A stretch of 64,000 nt of DNA from an uncultured Spirochaetota bacterium (GTDB lineage Bacteria > Spirochaetota > Brevinematia > Brevinematales > JAOACQ01). Below the pieces are notes generated by a model. It did not search any database and was not told the origin of the DNA. It saw only the letters and a program-made list of their open reading frames with translations. The stretch is from contig CAWIGG010000002.1 in the NCBI GenBank assembly GCA_963835575.1, forward strand, positions 224,001-288,000, given 5' to 3'. Positions 9,711 to 20,090 of the stretch are shown one piece after another. The position numbers and the translations under genes were made by a program. How positions within the stretch are numbered: position 1 is the stretch's first letter; each line of letters opens with the position of its first letter.

Positions 9711-11636
9711 ATGAATCACTTGAAGGTTAAAGCGATTTTACTGTTCGGAAGCATACTGTGCTTTTTATGGTCATGCTCCGTAAACCCTATGAGTGAGAAA
9801 GGCCAGTCATTGTCTTTCACTGGGGTGAAAGCGACGGCGAACGGAAAGTTTTTGGGAAATATCTGGGGAGGCAATACCGAACCTCTGAACTTCAGCAAGT
9901 ATTGGAACCAGGTGACGCCTGAAAACGCAGGAAAATGGGGATCAGTGGAATTGTCCCAGGGCACTTACAACTGGAGTGATCTGGATGCGCAGTACAGTTA
10001 TGCCAAATCCAAAGGCTTCCCGTTTAAGTTTCATAATCTGGTATGGGGAAGCCAGCAGCCGAGCTGGATCAGTTCATTATCTGCCACAAACCAGGTGCTG
10101 GCTGTAATTGATTGGATCTCGAATGTCGGCGCAAGATACTCAAACCTTGATTTTATCGACGTGGTCAACGAACCGATTAAAACCGGCCAGCCTCCCTATG
10201 GGGCGGCCATCGGCGGCAGCGGTTCGACGGGATGGGACTGGGTCATTTTTGCATTTACGGTGGCACGGAAATATTGCGGCAATGCAAAACTGCTTGTTAA
10301 TGAATACAGTGTGGAAAATGATACCTCTGCAGCAGCGCAATACACCAATATTATCAATTTGCTGAAAAGCCGTAATCTGATAGATGGAGTGGGGATCCAG
10401 GGCCATTATTTCAGTTTGGACAGTGATGATACCGGTACTTTATCAAACTGTCTGTCAATTATATTGTCCACAGGCCTTCCGATTTACATTTCTGAGCTTG
10501 ACCTTGACGGAGATGATGCGACTCAGCTTTCCAGATACCAAAAATATTTTCCGATCCTCTGGAATTACTCAACGATTAAAGGCGTCACACTCTGGGGATA
10601 CATCCAGGGTTCAATCTGGACAACAAACGCTTATCTCTTAACCACTTCCGGGACGGAACGCCCGGCATTGACCTGGCTGATGCAGTATGTCGGCAATACT
10701 ACCTCGACCAGTTCCAGCAGCCCGGTTGCGTCTTCCAGCAGCGCGGCTTCGTCCGTACCTGTAAGCTCCAGCCGGTCGTCCGCGGCGAGCAGTATTGCTT
10801 CTTCAGTTGCTGTCAGCTCCAGCCAGGCGAGCAGTATAGCCAGTTCCGCTTCATCCTCAGTCCAGTATCAGAATATTACTCTTCCGTTCAGCTTTGACGG
10901 CACGGGAGAATTATACTGGCAGACAAGCGGTACGATCACCAGCATGAATTCCTGGAATCTTGATGCGCTGGATGTGAATGGGACAAGCTTTAAAAATGTG
11001 TATGTCGCCGGAAGCAGCCTGCCCGCGAAACAGAATGGATACTACTACATTCACTATAAGGGGTCATATTCCTATAGTCATGTTGAAATTGCCGGCACAT
11101 CAGGATCGGTGAGCAGCAGTTCGATAGCTGTCAGTTCCAGCCCGGCAAGCAGTGTCGCCTCTTCAATAGCGGCAAGCTCCAGCCGTGCAGCCTCTTCAAT
11201 AGCAGCTAGCTCTAGCAGATCGAGTATTGCATCTTCAGTAGCAGTCAGCTCAAGCCTGGCCGCATCCAGTGTCGCTTCCAGTGCGGCATCGAGCACGGCT
11301 TCCAGCACAAGCGGCGGGTATGCAGTGAATTATACCGTCAATAATGACTGGGGCGCGGGCGCCACAGTCACGGTAACCATAAAGAACAATTCCGCAACGG
11401 CCCTTTCGAGCTGGTCTCTTGTCTGGACATTTGCGGGCAATCAGCAGATCACTCAGATCTGGAGCGCCACGCAGACAACCAGCGGCGCGACCGTTACTGT
11501 GAATAGTTTAACTTATAACGGCGCGATCGGCGCGAACGGCGGAACGCAGAGTTTCGGCTTCAATCTGAGCTACAGCGGCTCGAACGCCAAGCCGGCAGCA
11601 TTTACTTTGAATGGGACGGCATGCTCGACTTATTGA
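9711..11636 (+). CDS. GH10 endo-xylanase lipoprotein + CBM64 + CBM2
   Basis: WNQVTPENAGKW, FHNLVWGSQQP, DVVNEP, GIQGH, ISELD, TLWGY. Confidence 0.92.
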   Translation: MNHLKVKAILLFGSILCFLWSCSVNPMSEKGQSLSFTGVKATANGKFLGNIWGGNTEPLNFSKYWNQVTPENAGKWGSVELSQGTYNWSDLDAQYSYAKSKGFPFKFHNLVWGSQQPSWISSLSATNQVLAVIDWISNVGARYSNLDFIDVVNEPIKTGQPPYGAAIGGSGSTGWDWVIFAFTVARKYCGNAKLLVNEYSVENDTSAAAQYTNIINLLKSRNLIDGVGIQGHYFSLDSDDTGTLSNCLSIILSTGLPIYISELDLDGDDATQLSRYQKYFPILWNYSTIKGVTLWGYIQGSIWTTNAYLLTTSGTERPALTWLMQYVGNTTSTSSSSPVASSSSAASSVPVSSSRSSAASSIASSVAVSSSQASSIASSASSSVQYQNITLPFSFDGTGELYWQTSGTITSMNSWNLDALDVNGTSFKNVYVAGSSLPAKQNGYYYIHYKGSYSYSHVEIAGTSGSVSSSSIAVSSSPASSVASSIAASSSRAASSIAASSSRSSIASSVAVSSSLAASSVASSAASSTASSTSGGYAVNYTVNNDWGAGATVTVTIKNNSATALSSWSLVWTFAGNQQITQIWSATQTTSGATVTVNSLTYNGAIGANGGTQSFGFNLSYSGSNAKPAAFTLNGTACSTY

Positions 11637-11650
11637 TAATAATGAATATT

Positions 11651-11677
11651 CCGGGCTGGCGATATACGTCAGCCCGG
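11651..11677 (+). terminator. Stem-loop after gene
   Basis: ccgggctggcg-atata-cgtcagcccgg. Confidence 0.6.
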
Positions 11678-11874
11678 TTATATAAAAAAATAGGAATTGT
11701 AATAGTATGATGAAAATCAATACTTTTATATAAACTCTTGTTTTTGTAGAATAAACAACCAAACTGGCAAGTTTTTAATGCGTCTTGATTGAAGTCTCTG
11801 CCGTGTTAAGTGTGAGGTTTTAAATAATAATGAAATTTTTTGTTTCAATAATGAATATAAGAAAGGAGTATGCT

Positions 11875-13985
11875 ATGAAGCTATTGAAGATGAAAGTTTT
11901 ATTACTGTCCGGAAGCATGCTGTGCTTTTTATGGTCATGCTCGTAAGCCCTTTGAGTGAGAAAAGTCAGTCATTGTCTTTCACCGCGGTGAAAGCGACGG
12001 CGAGCGGAAAGTTTCTGGGTAATATCTGGGGAGGCAGTTCCGAGCCCCTCAATTTCAGTACATACTGGAACCAGGTGACTCCTGAAAACGCCGGGAAATG
12101 GGGTTCCGTGGAATCCAGCCAGGGAACCTATAACTGGAGCGCATTGGACGCGCAATACAGTTATGCTAAATCCAGAGGATATCCTTTTAAATTCCATAAT
12201 CTGATCTGGGGCAGCCAGCAGCCTGCCTGGATCAGCACTTTGTCGGCCGCGAACCAGGTGCTGGCGGTCATCGATTGGATTTCGAATGTCGGCGCGAGAT
12301 ACAGCAATTTAGACTTCATAGATGTGGTCAATGAACCTCTGCATTCGCCGCCCTCCTATTCGAATGCGATGGGCGGAAGCGGCTCCACCGGCTGGGACTG
12401 GATTGTTTTTGCATTTCAACAGGCGCGGAAGTATTGCGGGAATGCAAAACTGCTTATCAATGAGTATGGCGTGGAGGGCAACACCACGGCCATGGCAAAC
12501 TACACGAATATCATCAGTATTCTTAAGGCTTCGAATTTGATAGATGGAGTGGGAGTCCAGGGGCATGATTTCAGTCTTGACGGCTGTTCACTAAGCACGC
12601 TGTCGAACTGCTTGTCTATGATTGCGGCCACAGGATTGCCGATCTATATTTCGGAGCTTGATCTTTCATCTACTGATGACACTGTCCAGCTTGGTCTTTA
12701 TCAGAAGTATTTCCCGGCATTGTGGGAAAATCCGGATGTCATGGGTGTTACTTTGTGGGGTTATATTCAAGGCTCAATATGGACTTCCAATGCTTTTCTT
12801 CTCTACACAAACGGCACGGAACGCCCTGCTCTGACATGGCTGACGAATTATGTGAGAGGCGGGGCTTCTTCTGCAGGCGGATCCATCCAGGTTTTTTTCT
12901 ACAACGGAAATACCAGTACATCAGTAAACAGCCTTTCCCTTAATTTTCTTATATCCAATACGGGACTCTCCATCATCAATTTAACCAATGTGACTCTCCG
13001 CTATTACTACACCATTGACAGCGCAACGAATCAGATCTTCAACTGTAATTACTCGACTTTAGGCAACAGCAGTGTGACCGGAAGTTTTGTAACGATGCCG
13101 AATCCCGGGCCGACTGCAGACAGATATGTTCAGATCGGCTTTACGAGTGCGGCCGGAAGCCTGTATGCCGGGAATAGCGCTGTGGTTCAAGTTGCGGTAA
13201 ATAAAAGTGACTGGTCCAGTTATATACAAACAAATGATTATTCATTTAATTCCTCGGCCGCAACATATACGTCCTGGTCAAAAGTGACCGGGTATATCTC
13301 AGGCACGCTTGCATTTGGCACAGAGCCGTCTTCCGGCAGTTCCTCATCCATCTCAAGTGTGAGTTCCAGTCTATCCAGTTCATTAAGCAGTTCCGTTATT
13401 TCCTCGAGCAGCAGCCGTTCCGCCGCATCATCTTCGGTCAGCTCCAGCCTGAGCTCGAGTAAATCGTCGAGCAGTGTGTCCAGTCCTGCTTCGAGCAGCA
13501 GCCGTTCCAGCGTTGCATCCAGCATTTCCTCATCAGTAGCAGTGAGTTCCAGCCTTTCCAGCGTTGCGTCATCGGCAGCGGTGAGCTCGAGCCTGGCAGC
13601 ATCCAGTGTTGCTTCAAGCGTTGCTTCCAGTGCAGCATCGAGCGCGGCATCCAGCACAAGCGGCGGGTATGCAGTTAATTATACAGTCAATAATGACTGG
13701 GGCGCAGGGGCTACGTGCACGGTGACCATAAAGAACAACAGCGCCGCAGCCGTAAACGGATGGACATTAGTCTGGACATTTGCGGGTAATCAGACTCTCA
13801 CACAGATTTGGAACGCAACTGACACCCAGAGCGGAGCAACTGTTACCGTTAAGAACGCGAGCTTTAATAATATCATCGGAGCGAGCGGCGGGACCCAGAG
13901 CTTCGGATTTAATTTGAGTTACAGCGGTTCGAATGTTAAACCCGCGGCATTTACTTTAAACGGTACGGCATGCACACTTTACTGA
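11875..13985 (+). pseudogene. GH10 xylanase + CBM3 + linker + CBM2 with a 1-bp deletion just after the signal-peptide Cys (pseudogene or sequencing error)
   Basis: RBS aaggag and ATG 11875 give MKLLKMKVLLLSGSMLCFLWSCS-stop (TAA 11944-11946). The paralog at 9711 has tgc tcc gta where this gene has tgc tc gta. The downstream frame (ORF 11922) has intact GH10 motifs and CBM3 (LRYYYTID, YVQIGF, QTNDYSF). Confidence 0.8.
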
Positions 13986-14057
13986 AGAAAATTAATGGCG
14001 AAATTAATTTTAACGCTCTTAATAAGATAATGAAACCATAAAAAATAATCTCCATGT

Positions 14058-14095
14058 TATCTCCCCTCCCTTTTAGGGCGGGGGGGATATTTTTT
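14058..14095 (+). terminator. Rho-independent terminator
   Basis: tatctcccctccc-tttta-gggcgggggggata followed by a T-run. Confidence 0.65.
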
Positions 14096-14134
14096 AAAGA
14101 TGGTTTGTATTTTTAATAAATAAAGATGAATAAA

Positions 14135-14205
14135 AAAACCGTACTCAAAGTATTATAAAAACCGTACTAAAGGTTTAATAATGTTATGCAAGCGAGATTT
14201 ATAAT
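14135..14205 (+). promoter_or_regulatory. Direct-repeat operator (AAAACCGTACT x2, 23-bp period) and TATAAT -10 box
   Basis: Repeats at 14135 and 14158; tataat at 14200; same geometry at three other CAZyme promoters. Confidence 0.7.
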
Positions 14206-14535
14206 AAATGACCTTAAAAAGGTTTTGAATGAGAAAGGATATAAAATTAAGAATGATAGTTGTCTCAAGTTTTTTGATTCGTTTTTTACCGGGTCCTTTC
14301 ATGTGATTTATTGATATGCCTTTTTATATATGTAATTTCATCAACTGTTAATAGAAACAAGCTTAAGTGTTTTTTGTCAGCGGGGGAATAATTGCCGGGT
14401 TGTCATTGATTTATGCCGATGTTTTTATTTATTGATAAGGAGGTTTTCAAGGCTTTAATAACGTGGGTTTGAGAAAAGAATGGATTAAACAGGGAGGCTG
14501 ATTGTGATAAAAAATATTTTATAAGGAGTAATGAC

Positions 14536-17238
14536 ATGAGAAAAGTATTTCCAAGAAAGCAATTTTGGCTTACTTTGATGTTTTTTGCTGTCGGTATTTC
14601 TCTAGCAGTAATCGTATCTTGTTCCCTTTCAACTTTTGGAGGCGGTCCTAATGCGGATTACTCTAAAGTCAATCATGCGCCGAGCTATCCGGGTGTGGCA
14701 ACACGGGCGGCTCCTATGGTCATTGATACCAATGTCTCGGTTGATGCTTCAACTGTTGTCAGGACCATGCCGGACGATTTGTTCGGGAACAACATTGCGG
14801 CCTGGGAAGGGAGTACGGATGGGAAGGACGCCTTTTTGAATGACTTCATGAAGATAAGCGGCATGAAACTGATCCGTTATCCCGGCGGTTCATGGGCAGA
14901 TATCGTGGCCTGGGACACGGTCGGAGTGCCTTCAAGCAATTCATGGGAGCTGGACAATAATGAGTCAATAGCTTTTGCGAAAGCAGCCGGAGCCAATCTC
15001 CAGGCGATCGTCAACTTCAGCGGATACTGGGACGGCGTTCAGCATACACCGGCCGATGCGGTGGCTAAAGCGTCCAACTGGGTCGCCTATATGAAGAACA
15101 CCGCCGCTTTTCCAATTAAATACTGGGAAATCGGCAATGAATCATACGGCAGCTGGGAACAGGGCTACACAAATGGAGCCGCCTATGGCAGCCGTTTTGC
15201 CGATTTTTATAAGGCAATGAAAGCCATTGATTCCACGATCCAGATCGGGGCCGTTTCCACGCCTTACGATAACGGCGACAGCTATACAGGATATTACTGG
15301 TGGATGAGGGATATGTTATCCAATTCAATAGCAAAAGGAGTGATTCCGGATTACCTGATTATCCATACCTATCCGATGGACGAAGCCATGTCGGCCGATG
15401 CCGACGCAAGGCTGTTACAGGCGCCCTGGACGATATCTCAATTGACGGCTAACCTGGACCAGATCGTGGCCAATTATGCCGGATCAAGCTATGTTGGAAA
15501 GATTCCATATAGAATGACGGAATACCGTTCCGTTTTGAACAGCCGCGGCCAGACGATCACTTTCCTGGACGCAATGTTCACGGCACAGTACATCATGGAA
15601 ATGGCGAAACACGGCTGGGCCGGGGCCAATTTGTGGAATATCAGGAACGGTATGAGTACCAGTTATAATGGAGATTACGGCATATTTCAAAAAACCAGTT
15701 CAGGAACTGTTATTGACGACTATTACACAACTTATCTTGTGTTCCCGTTCCTGAGCAGTAAATTCGGGCGCAGCATGGTCAATGCGTCGGTCACAAGCAA
15801 TTCCTATATCAATGCCTATGCTGCCAAGGATGCATCCGGTAATCTGACCATATTGCTGATCAATAATTCTCCGGATACAGACCTTACGGCCCAGGTGAAC
15901 ATTACCGGTTTTACCGCCGCGACAAACGGGTTGGAATGGGTGCTGGCTCCGGCCGGTATGACGGCGAGCGGCGCCACAACACCAATACAGGAATGCACGA
16001 ATATTTCCTATAACGGTGTGGTCCACCCGAGCGCTCAAACTGCTTATTACACGAGCGGCATACCGATAAAAACAGGGACGAATTTTCCGGTTCCAGTGAA
16101 AAAAAGCACGATGGTTCTGGTTAATGTTCCCAGTACGGCCAATGCCAGCAGTTCATCATCCGTTTCTTCCATGTCTTTCGCTTCTTCCAGCAGCCGTCCG
16201 AGTGATATTGTGCAAACTATTCCCGGAAAAGTTATTGGGGATTATTATACGAATATGAACGGCATTCAAGTTGAATCCTGCGGCGATTCAAACGGCGTTG
16301 GAGACGGATACGATATCGGTTATATAGATTATGGAGATTGGTGCGATTACAACGTTAATGTCCAGAGTACGGCAAATTATAATGTGGAATTCAGGATCGC
16401 AGGCGCAACACCGGCTGGATGTATCCAGATTTATACGAATGGACAATGGATCATGCAGACGATATCTACTCTACCGGCAACAACTGGATATCAGGACTGG
16501 ACTTCCTATAATACAAATTTCACACTGACTGCCGGGCGTTATGTACTGCGGGTCTTTTTCAACGGGAACGGCTTTAACTTCGAATATGCCAATTTCACGA
16601 TACCGGGCGGTTCTTCATCGAGTTCCAGCGCAGCATCTTCGGTACCGGCAAGCTCCAGCCGTTCGAGTGTTGCGTCCAGTGTGGCTTCGAGTATTGCATC
16701 GTCAACCGCAGTGAGTTCAAGCCGTGCCGCGTCCAGCGTCGCTTCTTCAGTTGCCGTCAGTTCGAGCCGGTCGAGCGCTGCATCCTCAGCGGCAGTAAGC
16801 TCCAGCAGATCGAGCGCTGCGTCTTCTGTGGCTGTGAGTTCGAGCCGGGCCGCATCAAGTGCAGTTTCCAGTGCTGCGGTTTCCAGTGCGGCTTCCAGCA
16901 CAGCCGCTTCATCTGGCGGTTACGCCGTGAATTATACTGTTAATAATGACTGGGGCGCAGGCGCCACTTGCACGGTGACCATTAAAAACAATAGCGCGGC
17001 AGCCCTCAGCAGCTGGTCTCTTGTCTGGACCTTTGCAGGCAACCAGGCTATAACCCAGATATGGAGCGCCAGTCAGACTACCAGCGGTGAAACGGTGACA
17101 GCCGTCAATCTCAGTTACAACGGTGCGATAGGAGCGAACGGCGGAACACAGAGTTTCGGCTTTAATCTCTCATACAGCGGGTCCAATGCCAAACCAACAG
17201 CATTCACTTTAAACGGAACTGCATGTTCAATTTATTAA
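14536..17238 (+). CDS. Clan GH-A hydrolase (GH51/GH79-like TIM barrel + beta-sandwich) + CBM6 + linker + CBM2, lipoprotein
   Basis: IRYPGGSWAD, YWEIGNESYGSWE, IHTY, MTEY; IGYIDYGDWCDYNVNV...TTGYQDW is CBM6-like. Confidence 0.72.
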   Translation: MRKVFPRKQFWLTLMFFAVGISLAVIVSCSLSTFGGGPNADYSKVNHAPSYPGVATRAAPMVIDTNVSVDASTVVRTMPDDLFGNNIAAWEGSTDGKDAFLNDFMKISGMKLIRYPGGSWADIVAWDTVGVPSSNSWELDNNESIAFAKAAGANLQAIVNFSGYWDGVQHTPADAVAKASNWVAYMKNTAAFPIKYWEIGNESYGSWEQGYTNGAAYGSRFADFYKAMKAIDSTIQIGAVSTPYDNGDSYTGYYWWMRDMLSNSIAKGVIPDYLIIHTYPMDEAMSADADARLLQAPWTISQLTANLDQIVANYAGSSYVGKIPYRMTEYRSVLNSRGQTITFLDAMFTAQYIMEMAKHGWAGANLWNIRNGMSTSYNGDYGIFQKTSSGTVIDDYYTTYLVFPFLSSKFGRSMVNASVTSNSYINAYAAKDASGNLTILLINNSPDTDLTAQVNITGFTAATNGLEWVLAPAGMTASGATTPIQECTNISYNGVVHPSAQTAYYTSGIPIKTGTNFPVPVKKSTMVLVNVPSTANASSSSSVSSMSFASSSSRPSDIVQTIPGKVIGDYYTNMNGIQVESCGDSNGVGDGYDIGYIDYGDWCDYNVNVQSTANYNVEFRIAGATPAGCIQIYTNGQWIMQTISTLPATTGYQDWTSYNTNFTLTAGRYVLRVFFNGNGFNFEYANFTIPGGSSSSSSAASSVPASSSRSSVASSVASSIASSTAVSSSRAASSVASSVAVSSSRSSAASSAAVSSSRSSAASSVAVSSSRAASSAVSSAAVSSAASSTAASSGGYAVNYTVNNDWGAGATCTVTIKNNSAAALSSWSLVWTFAGNQAITQIWSASQTTSGETVTAVNLSYNGAIGANGGTQSFGFNLSYSGSNAKPTAFTLNGTACSIY

Positions 17239-17260
17239 AGAAAAAAGCTCATTAACATCT

Positions 17261-17296
17261 TTCTGCCCCCGCAAATAGCGGGGGCAGAATTTTTTT
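17261..17296 (+). terminator. Rho-independent terminator
   Basis: ttctgcccccgc-aaata-gcgggggcagaa followed by T7. Confidence 0.8.
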
Positions 17297-17336
17297 CAGC
17301 AGAACGGCTGTCATGAATTTCAAGGGTTCATCGTTT

Positions 17337-17430
17337 AAATCTTACCATTGGTAGGATAAAAACCATACCCCGGGAACGGGTAAAACCATACCTTTTGTCC
17401 AGACGGATTAATGCGGTTGTTTTTTATAAT
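17337..17430 (+). promoter_or_regulatory. Triple direct-repeat operator (23-bp period) and TATAAT
   Basis: TACC at 17343, 17366 and 17389 (AAAACCATACC x2); tataat at 17425. Confidence 0.72.
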
Positions 17431-17560
17431 AATAGGCCCTGATTAAGGTTAAAAAATAAAAACAATTATCCCAAATGATTTTACCGCGATTTGCATCTTT
17501 TTATTATTTATCAGATATCAACGAAAGAAATATTACATATAAAAAAGGAGGAAAAGAAAA

Positions 17561-19351
17561 ATGAGGAAAATCTTAGTAAGGTTTCTGCTTCTTGCTCTAA
17601 CTCTTGCGGCCGCATTGTGTGTTGTGTCATGCGCGTTATCAATCCCGGACGGATCGAATCAGGGTGAAAAATCCCAGCCTTTGGGTTCGGGCTTGAGGGC
17701 CGCTCCGGTAGGCAGCGGCGCGTATCCTTACGGAACTGTTCTCGGGAATGACAATCAAATGCTTGTCAACAGCTACAGCACCTGGAAATCGAAATACGTC
17801 ACTTCTTCCGGGGCGTCGGGTTATCTGAGGGTCCAGCGCCCGGAAAATAACAATGATACTGTTTCGGAGGGCATCGGCTACGGCATGCTTATTGCCGTTT
17901 ATATGAATGACCAGGCGACATTCAACTCTCTGTGGAGCTATGCCCAGAAGTATCTGGACGCCGACGGCCTGATGAACTGGCAGATTGACAGTTCCGGGAA
18001 CGTTATCGGACAGAACGGGGCCACGGACGCCGATGAGGATATGACTCTGGCACTGGTTGCCGCCGATAAATTATGGGGCGGCTATACTTCTCAGGCCACG
18101 GGCATGATCCAGAAAATTTATAATAACGAGGTCGAAAGCGGCACCTACTGCATAAAGCCGGGTGATGTCTGGGGCGGATCGGCATGTATGAACCCATCGT
18201 ATTTTGCCACAGCGGAATACCGGGTTTTCGCACAGTATTCCGGCAATACAGGCTGGACTTCCGCGGCATCGGAATGCTATACGGTTTTAAACGCTAATAA
18301 AAACGCCACTACCGGTCTGGTGATGGACTGGTGCCAGGCTAACGGTACCCCTTCTTCCCAGCAGCCCGGTGGAACCAATTATCTCTATGATGCTTGCCGC
18401 GTTCCGATGAGAATATCTCTGGATTATCTGTGGTTCGGGACTTCAAGCGCACAGACTTTCCTGAATACAATGATCGGCTGGTTTGCCAATATCGGCGCAG
18501 CAAATATTAAGTCCAGTTATACTGTAACCGGGACCCCGCTTGTGACTTACCAGGATTGCGCCTTTTTAGGGCCCATCGCTGCCGGTTCATGCTCGGCATC
18601 AGTCAGTTCAACTTTCAGGTCTGATATTTTTACCGATTTGACCAACAGGGGCGTTAATAACAATTACTATAATGATTCTCTGGCAATGATCTGCATGCTG
18701 ATCACAACCGGACACTTCCCGAATCCTCTAACTTTGAGCGGGAACTCTTCATCTTCCGCAGCTGCCAGTTCGAGCCGTTCCAGCGCCGCCTCTTCAGCAG
18801 CTGTGAGCTCCAGTGCAAGCGTAGCTTCTTCTGCCGCTGTGAGTTCGAGCCGGTCGAGCGTCGCTTCTTCAGTTGCCGTCAGTTCGAGCCGGTCGAGCGC
18901 TGCATCCTCAGCGGCAGTAAGCTCTAGCAGATCGAGCGCTGCGTCTTCTGTGGCTGTGAGTTCGAGCCGGGCCGCATCAAGTGCAGCTTCCAGCGCCGCA
19001 GTGTCCAGTGCGGCTTCAAGTACAGCCGGCGGATATGCTGTGAATTATACAGTCAATAATGATTGGGGCGCAGGCGCTACATGCACGGTAACCATAAAGA
19101 ACAATAGCGCCGCGGCTGTAAACGGATGGACCTTAGTATGGACTTACACGGGTAATCAGACTCTCACACAGATATGGAACGCTGCATATACTGCAAGCGG
19201 AGAGACCATTACCGTCACAAACGCAAGCTTTAACAATGTTATCAGTGCTAACGGCGGGACTCAGAGCTTCGGCTTCAATTTGAGCTATAGCGGATCCAAT
19301 GCCAAACCAACGGCGTTTACGCTGAACGGGACGGCATGTACAACGTACTAA
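17561..19351 (+). CDS. GH8 endoglucanase lipoprotein + linker + CBM2
   Basis: TVSEGIGYGM, GLMNWQI, ATDADEDM, NPSYF, YDACRVP. Confidence 0.92.
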   Translation: MRKILVRFLLLALTLAAALCVVSCALSIPDGSNQGEKSQPLGSGLRAAPVGSGAYPYGTVLGNDNQMLVNSYSTWKSKYVTSSGASGYLRVQRPENNNDTVSEGIGYGMLIAVYMNDQATFNSLWSYAQKYLDADGLMNWQIDSSGNVIGQNGATDADEDMTLALVAADKLWGGYTSQATGMIQKIYNNEVESGTYCIKPGDVWGGSACMNPSYFATAEYRVFAQYSGNTGWTSAASECYTVLNANKNATTGLVMDWCQANGTPSSQQPGGTNYLYDACRVPMRISLDYLWFGTSSAQTFLNTMIGWFANIGAANIKSSYTVTGTPLVTYQDCAFLGPIAAGSCSASVSSTFRSDIFTDLTNRGVNNNYYNDSLAMICMLITTGHFPNPLTLSGNSSSSAAASSSRSSAASSAAVSSSASVASSAAVSSSRSSVASSVAVSSSRSSAASSAAVSSSRSSAASSVAVSSSRAASSAASSAAVSSAASSTAGGYAVNYTVNNDWGAGATCTVTIKNNSAAAVNGWTLVWTYTGNQTLTQIWNAAYTASGETITVTNASFNNVISANGGTQSFGFNLSYSGSNAKPTAFTLNGTACTTY

Positions 19352-19360
19352 AATAAAAAA

Positions 19361-19427
19361 GCGGGCGTCCCTCACCAGTTTGTCAAGCTCCACCTGAGAA
19401 ACAAACAAACTGGTGAGGGACGCCCGC
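19361..19427. repeat. 23-bp perfect inverted repeat between convergent genes (REP-like or bidirectional terminator)
   Basis: gcgggcgtccctcaccagtttgt ... acaaactggtgagggacgcccgc. Confidence 0.75.
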
Positions 19428-19450
19428 TATTACTACTTTATTATCTTATT

Positions 19451-19975
19451 TCAATTGTCTCTATGGTCTCTTTTTTTATCTTCCCTGCCGGGCTTCTCTT
19501 TAGCGTTTTTTCCTCTTTGACTATTATCATTCCCTTTCTTTGGTTCTTCATTTTTCCAGCCGCGTTTGTCCCAGTATTTATTCTTATGCCATTCCTTCCA
19601 GTGGGCCTTTGTGTCATTCCATTTTACTTTTACCGCATCATTCCGTGAATCTCTCCACCTGGGAGGCATATGCGTGATTGCGTAGGGAACACGCCGGTTA
19701 TCAACAACAACCCAGTTCCCGGAATAATTATCCGATCTGTACCAGCCCCCCTGCAATGGCCTCCACCAGAAGCCTTCATAAAAGAAAATGTCGTTGTTAT
19801 CGGAAGATGTGTAGTAGATATAGGTGCCCGGTATAACAATCAGATCTGGATTGGAACCTAAAACGATATTGGCCACAGTTTTGTGAACGATAAGTGATGC
19901 AGTGGCAGCAGGCGCCTGTGAGAAAAGCGCCGCAATAAACAAAAAGATCAGAATGAAAAAGGTTCTTTTCAACAT
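19451..19975 (-). CDS. Hypothetical secreted protein with a Trp/Tyr-rich core and basic tail
   Basis: Signal peptide; IFFYEGFWW..GWY; RBS aaggag upstream. Confidence 0.75.
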   Translation of the reverse strand: MLKRTFFILIFLFIAALFSQAPAATASLIVHKTVANIVLGSNPDLIVIPGTYIYYTSSDNNDIFFYEGFWWRPLQGGWYRSDNYSGNWVVVDNRRVPYAITHMPPRWRDSRNDAVKVKWNDTKAHWKEWHKNKYWDKRGWKNEEPKKGNDNSQRGKNAKEKPGREDKKRDHRDN

Positions 19976-20090
19976 ACTGTACTCCTTTTTTAAAATTTGT
20001 TTATACGATTAAATAATATAACCCAAAAAGTCTTAAGAATCAAGGATTAATCCGATTAAAAAAACAGCAGCGGGATCAAAATGGGAAGGA

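Noticed and set aside
1..19351. Cellulosome or PUL interpretation
   Set aside because: No dockerin, cohesin, SusC/D or T9SS C-terminal motif recognised; C-termini are CBM2
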